From NCBI GenBank assembly GCA_038870975.1, contig JAVZJD010000001.1, forward strand, positions 544,001-608,000: a stretch of DNA of 64,000 bases, given 5' to 3'. The translations under genes and the position numbers were made by a program. This DNA is from Candidatus Bathyarchaeia archaeon (lineage in GTDB: Archaea; Thermoproteota; CALKCG01; B24). Shown here piece by piece: positions 60,025 to 64,000 of this stretch. The stretch's first letter is position 1, and every line of letters starts with the position of its first letter. The notes beneath the pieces were generated by a model. It was not told the DNA's origin, searched no databases, and saw only the letters and a list, made by a program, of their open reading frames with translations.

Positions 60025-61113
60025 ATGTACGATGAAAAAAGAATCTCAGATAGATTTAACGTAGGAGGTCTTGCAGAGTCTTTTCCAGAGCAGTTTGAAG
60101 AAGCCTATAGAATAGGCTTAGAGTCTACACAGCTTATAGAATTTGAAAAACTCAACCCCAATATGATCCTATTTGCTGGTGTAGGTGGTTCTGCAGTCGG
60201 AGGGGATTTAATCCGAGATTGGCTTAGATTTAAAGTAAGAATTCCAATAGATGTTTACAGAGGATACGACCCGCCAGTTTACATTTCAGATAGGACAGTA
60301 GTATTTGCTATAAGCTATTCTGGAAATACTGAGGAAACGTTAAACTTCATGGTTAAAGCTCATAAACTCGGGTGCAGAGTAATCTCGTTAAGCTCAGGCG
60401 GTCTTATGGAGAAATTGTCTGAGAGACTTAAAATACCTCATGTGAAAGTTCCACCAGGTCTGCTTCCGAGGACTGCTATAGCCTACCTATCCACACCATT
60501 AATACCTATAATCGAAAAACTGGCGGAGGTTGATCTTAAATGGGAAGTTGATGAAACTTTAGAAAACCTAAAAAAGCTTAAGATTAAACTTGCAAGAGCC
60601 GCTCCTACCGAAGAGAATCCTGCTAAAAGACTCGCTGGGATGATCTATGGGAAAATGCCCGTAATATTTGGATACGGGTATCTTTCATCCGTAGCTAGGA
60701 GGTTTAAAAACCAGCTTAATGAGAATAGTAAAGTTACAGCCAGATGGGATGAATTCCCAGAATTAAACCATAACGAGGTTATGGCGTATCAGAAGCCAGA
60801 ATACTACGTGAAAAACCAGTTTATCATATTTTTAAGAGGAAAAATAGAGCCTCCTGAAATCACAGCCAGAATCGAGATCACTAAGGAGATTATGAGGGAA
60901 TCCGTTTCAGGCATCTACGATTTATACGGGTTTGGAAGCTCAATACTTTCAAATATGTACACAGTATTGTACATGGCAGATTTTACATCCATATATCTAG
61001 CTTATCTTAGAAGTGTAGACCCAGGTGATACATCACTAATAGAGGATTTGAAGAAGAAGCTCGACTCATCAATAGGAATGCTCTCCAAGATTAGAAATGA
61101 ATATGAACTCTAG
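60025..61113 (+). CDS. Bifunctional phosphoglucose/phosphomannose isomerase
   Basis: GVGGSAVGG, SYSGNTEET, NENSK, PELNHNE. Confidence 0.93.
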   Translation: MYDEKRISDRFNVGGLAESFPEQFEEAYRIGLESTQLIEFEKLNPNMILFAGVGGSAVGGDLIRDWLRFKVRIPIDVYRGYDPPVYISDRTVVFAISYSGNTEETLNFMVKAHKLGCRVISLSSGGLMEKLSERLKIPHVKVPPGLLPRTAIAYLSTPLIPIIEKLAEVDLKWEVDETLENLKKLKIKLARAAPTEENPAKRLAGMIYGKMPVIFGYGYLSSVARRFKNQLNENSKVTARWDEFPELNHNEVMAYQKPEYYVKNQFIIFLRGKIEPPEITARIEITKEIMRESVSGIYDLYGFGSSILSNMYTVLYMADFTSIYLAYLRSVDPGDTSLIEDLKKKLDSSIGMLSKIRNEYEL

Positions 61114-61117
61114 CATT

Positions 61118-61546
61118 TTAGAGGTCGAGTAAAAACCTTAAAATCCATACTCCGTTTTTCTCCTCCACGTTCATCATGTGATAAGTTACTGCTTTAACAC
61201 CGACTTTCTGCTCGTGCTTGTTTGAATCGTAATCCTCACCCCATACTCTAGCCTTAAGCCTATAGCCTTCAGTCGTCTGATGAATACTTTCAATTTTAAA
61301 CTTTGAATAAAGTCTACTGTTTACGTCGAACATCACTAAAAGGCTTTCAAGCCAATTGTAGAGAAGCGATTCTAAGTCGAAGCCTTCAACTTCAACAACT
61401 TCTTCCATTGAAGGTTCAACTTTAGATGTATCGGTCATTACTTCAAACATAGCTAATGCCGCATTTTGAAACGCTTCTTCCAACGATGAGCCATAAGCTT
61501 CTATTAAAGCATCACCCATATGGGGAAGAAACTTAAACCTATTCAT
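61118..61546 (-). CDS. Archease
   Basis: PHMGD, AYG..LEEAF, VKAVTYH, LDL. Confidence 0.95.
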   Translation of the reverse strand: MNRFKFLPHMGDALIEAYGSSLEEAFQNAALAMFEVMTDTSKVEPSMEEVVEVEGFDLESLLYNWLESLLVMFDVNSRLYSKFKIESIHQTTEGYRLKARVWGEDYDSNKHEQKVGVKAVTYHMMNVEEKNGVWILRFLLDL

Positions 61547-61594
61547 AACGATAAATAAAGTTGTAAAGTGGCGCTTAAACTTTCCAGTTCAGAA

Positions 61595-61942
61595 CTAAGT
61601 AAGTTTAAACTTTTCGATGTTTTCTCTAATCCTCTTCCAGTCCACAATCTTAGTAACGATTACTCTAAGGTGTTCTTTCATGAGCTTCATAGCGGCTTCA
61701 CTTCCAAGTCTACTGTTATTCCAAGTTACGAATGGTGGGTAGAACATAGCTTCCTTAAACACAGGAGAGCCTTCTTTAATATCGAATTTTATATACCCAA
61801 GCTCTCTCAGGTAGCATGAGTCGTTTGGACATAGAATATCTATCTCCTTCATCTCCATCTTCAGGAAAAGCAGTTTAAACTCCTGCGGATTTGTAATGAT
61901 TCTTCCACATGGACACTGAAGAGTTGGGGCCTGCTCGCTCAC
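61595..61942 (-). CDS. Conserved archaeal hypothetical protein (Zn-binding)
   Basis: CPCG...CPNDSC...FYPPFVTWN. Confidence 0.7.
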   Translation of the reverse strand: MSEQAPTLQCPCGRIITNPQEFKLLFLKMEMKEIDILCPNDSCYLRELGYIKFDIKEGSPVFKEAMFYPPFVTWNNSRLGSEAAMKLMKEHLRVIVTKIVDWKRIRENIEKFKLT

Positions 61943-62045
61943 AGACTCACCGAGAAGAAGAATACCTATACTATAAGTTAAAGTTTTCCCTATCGATCCG
62001 ACTTAAGCAATTATTTATAGTAGAGTTCTACGAATAGTCTTCTAG

Positions 62046-63197
62046 ATGAGTGCAAAATGTACAGTTTTAGAATTGATCTTCGGAGTGATCGCCTTAGATG
62101 ATAAGATGAAGACCATAGACTATATACTCTTTCCAAACAATCCAGTAGAGTTGGCGGAGAGGCTTTACACCATGGAGGCTGGAGGAGTTGTAGATGAATT
62201 GGTAAAACTCGTTGAGAGGCTTAAAAGCAAGGGGTTCAAGTCTTTCATAGTAGAGCGTGAGCCATCAGCACGTTTTATACGAGAACGTTTAAACGTTGAG
62301 ACTGTAGTTGAAAGCCCGAGCACGATTGGGAGAATTGTTAGAAGAGAACTTGCATCTAAGGCATTAGAACTTGGATTTGTGAAAAATAGGGGCGAATATT
62401 TAGATGTTGTTCAAAAATCTTTAGACCTATTGGCAAGGAGAATTATAAGGGAACGGAGTGGGAGAGGAGACGTATATGTTATCCAGACGATACATGCACT
62501 AGAAGAGCTTGATAAAACGATAAACCTATTCTACGGACGGCTACGAGAATGGTATGGACTGTACTTCTCAGAGTTAAGCGATGCTGTGGAAACCCCTAAG
62601 GAGTATTTTAAAATAGTGTCTGAAATAGGTTGGAAGGAAAATATCAATATTGAAAGTTTGAGTAAAATTGGAATAAGCAAGAAGACGGCTTCAGCTGTTC
62701 TCGACGCTTTAAAAACATCTATAGACGTTGAAATGGATAGGCGGGACCTTGAGGAAATACAAGCAGTAGCTTCAACCGTTTTAAAACTCGTAAATCTTAG
62801 AGAGAGGCTGGAAAAATACGTGGAGGAAAGAATTAAAGAGATCTCTCCCAATCTATACGCATTAGTCGGACCGATATTGGCTGCTAAACTAATAGCTCAA
62901 GCAGGAGGCTTAGAAGCTCTGTCTAAAATGCCATCAAGTACAATCCAAGTGTTGGGGGCTGAAAAAGCCCTGTTTAGAGCCTTAAGAACTGGGTCGAAGC
63001 CTCCAAAGCACGGGCTCATATTTCAACATCCACTTATAAGGCAGAGTCCTAGGAAGCTTAGAGGAAGAATATCTAGAGTTTTAGCCGCTAAACTATCTAT
63101 TGCTGCTAGAATAGATGCATTCTCGGGGAAAGATGTTAGCAACAGGCTTAAGGAGGAACTTAACAAGAGGATTGAAGAAATTCTAAAGCAAGATTAG
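62046..63197 (+). CDS. nop5: C/D box sRNP protein Nop5/Nop56
   Basis: LREWYG, MPSSTIQVLGAEKALFRAL, PPKHGLIFQHP. Confidence 0.96.
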   Translation: MSAKCTVLELIFGVIALDDKMKTIDYILFPNNPVELAERLYTMEAGGVVDELVKLVERLKSKGFKSFIVEREPSARFIRERLNVETVVESPSTIGRIVRRELASKALELGFVKNRGEYLDVVQKSLDLLARRIIRERSGRGDVYVIQTIHALEELDKTINLFYGRLREWYGLYFSELSDAVETPKEYFKIVSEIGWKENINIESLSKIGISKKTASAVLDALKTSIDVEMDRRDLEEIQAVASTVLKLVNLRERLEKYVEERIKEISPNLYALVGPILAAKLIAQAGGLEALSKMPSSTIQVLGAEKALFRALRTGSKPPKHGLIFQHPLIRQSPRKLRGRISRVLAAKLSIAARIDAFSGKDVSNRLKEELNKRIEEILKQD

Positions 63198-63205
63198 CCA
63201 TTTTA

Positions 63206-63252
63206 AACGTCGTCAATATTATATACCAATTAAAATTGCATTTGACGACGTT
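63206..63252. terminator. Inverted repeat between convergent nop5 and rpl37e
   Basis: AACGTCGTCAA ... TTGACGACGTT with a 25-nt loop. Confidence 0.4.
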
Positions 63253-63439
63253 AGTTTTTTCTAAGCCTATTGATCGTTCTATTGCGCCAAGAGAAGTCTA
63301 AAAGCTTTCTGGAAGCACCAAAGCCACATGCAACACATTTGCGTTTTTTGACGTTGTAGGACCTACGTCCACACCTTCTGCAACGTATATGTAATGTTTC
63401 TCTTCCATATTTACCCATAGAGGGGGTTCCTTTAACCAC
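63251..63439 (-). CDS. rpl37e: 50S ribosomal protein L37e
   Basis: [23 protein letters not shown]. Confidence 0.96.
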   Translation of the reverse strand: MVKGTPSMGKYGRETLHIRCRRCGRRSYNVKKRKCVACGFGASRKLLDFSWRNRTINRLRKN

Positions 63440-63449
63440 GGTTGTTCAC

Positions 63450-63674
63450 CTAACCCGCTGGAGATATTATTACTACATTATCCCCCCTAAGTATAATAGG
63501 TCCTAAACTCTTAACCTCGCCATTTGACAGGATCTCTTCAGCATCTTCTAAGAAGAGGTTCATGTGTTGGTCGTAGCCCTCAAGCCGTCCTCTAATCCTT
63601 TTATCTCCCTTAAGTTTAACCAATACGATTTTACCTAAACTGTTCTCAAGAAGCTTTATAGACACGTCGGACAT
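63450..63674 (-). CDS. Sm/Lsm archaeal protein (SmAP)
   Basis: GYDQHMNL, LRGDNV; usual position upstream of rpl37e. Confidence 0.95.
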   Translation of the reverse strand: MSDVSIKLLENSLGKIVLVKLKGDKRIRGRLEGYDQHMNLFLEDAEEILSNGEVKSLGPIILRGDNVVIISPAG

Positions 63675-63760
63675 TAAGAGACACCGTTTAATGAAGAGTA
63701 GTGAGAATCTATAATATTAATCTTTTCCAAAAAATCAATAAGCCGTAATTTACCGACAGA

Positions 63761-64000
63761 CTACTTTCCAGACAACAATGTCCTCAAACTATCCGTAATA
63801 TCGTAGTTTAAAACCTCAGATTCTTCAACCCACACAGCTTCTGCAACCTCTTCCGATGGCTTAATGGGAGGGGTGCCCTCAACGTAGGCTGAGAAACATA
63901 TCAGTACGTAGTGGAATCGCACAGCGCCTTTTTTATCCCTCTCAATATAGTCTACAACGTTCAAAAGTTTACCAAGTTTAACCGTTAATCCAGTCTCCTC
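63761..64000 (-). CDS. NUDIX hydrolase (partial, 5' end outside window)
   Basis: EETGL at the window edge, RFHYVLI, AEAVWV. Confidence 0.8.
   Translation of the reverse strand, partial: EETGLTVKLGKLLNVVDYIERDKKGAVRFHYVLICFSAYVEGTPPIKPSEEVAEAVWVEESEVLNYDITDSLRTLLSGK

Noticed and set aside
96-62851. Many antisense or nested ORFs in the track (e.g. 406..822, 7964..8419, 12152..12703, 31208..31636, 56712..57128)
   Set aside because: Shadows of well-supported genes on the opposite strand, with no motifs of their own.

Overview
Archaeal chromosome segment, judged from archease, Nop5, rpL37e, Sm/Lsm, TrmB and cdc6-like genes. The many URO-D-family, LLM-oxidoreductase and glycosidase genes suggest a TACK/Bathyarchaeia-like heterotroph (inference). 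1-20 kb: transporters (OPT-like protein, giant M28-fold/FtsX fusion, two ABC systems), an MNT-HEPN cluster, hisHF and a dipeptidase. 20.6-30.6 kb: an island downstream of tRNA-Phe(GAA). Repeated composite att-like junctions (left arm + tRNA 3' end + right arm with TTTACTAGTAAA palindromes) divide it into about five modules. Each module holds one intact toxin-antitoxin pair of a different family. No integrase catalytic domain is visible, so it resembles a tRNA-anchored, integron-like cassette array; this is the best candidate for an undescribed system. The island also carries several template-switch-like inverted-repeat scars, a frameshifted AGOG-like glycosylase next to DUF6884, and a cdc6/RadA-like remnant. 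30.7-60 kb: sugar catabolism (GH2, heparinase-like, apnO plus a probable oiaC, DUF4832, URO-D family) and a glycogen cluster. 60-64 kb: housekeeping genes. All family calls come from motif recognition by eye; no database searches were run.
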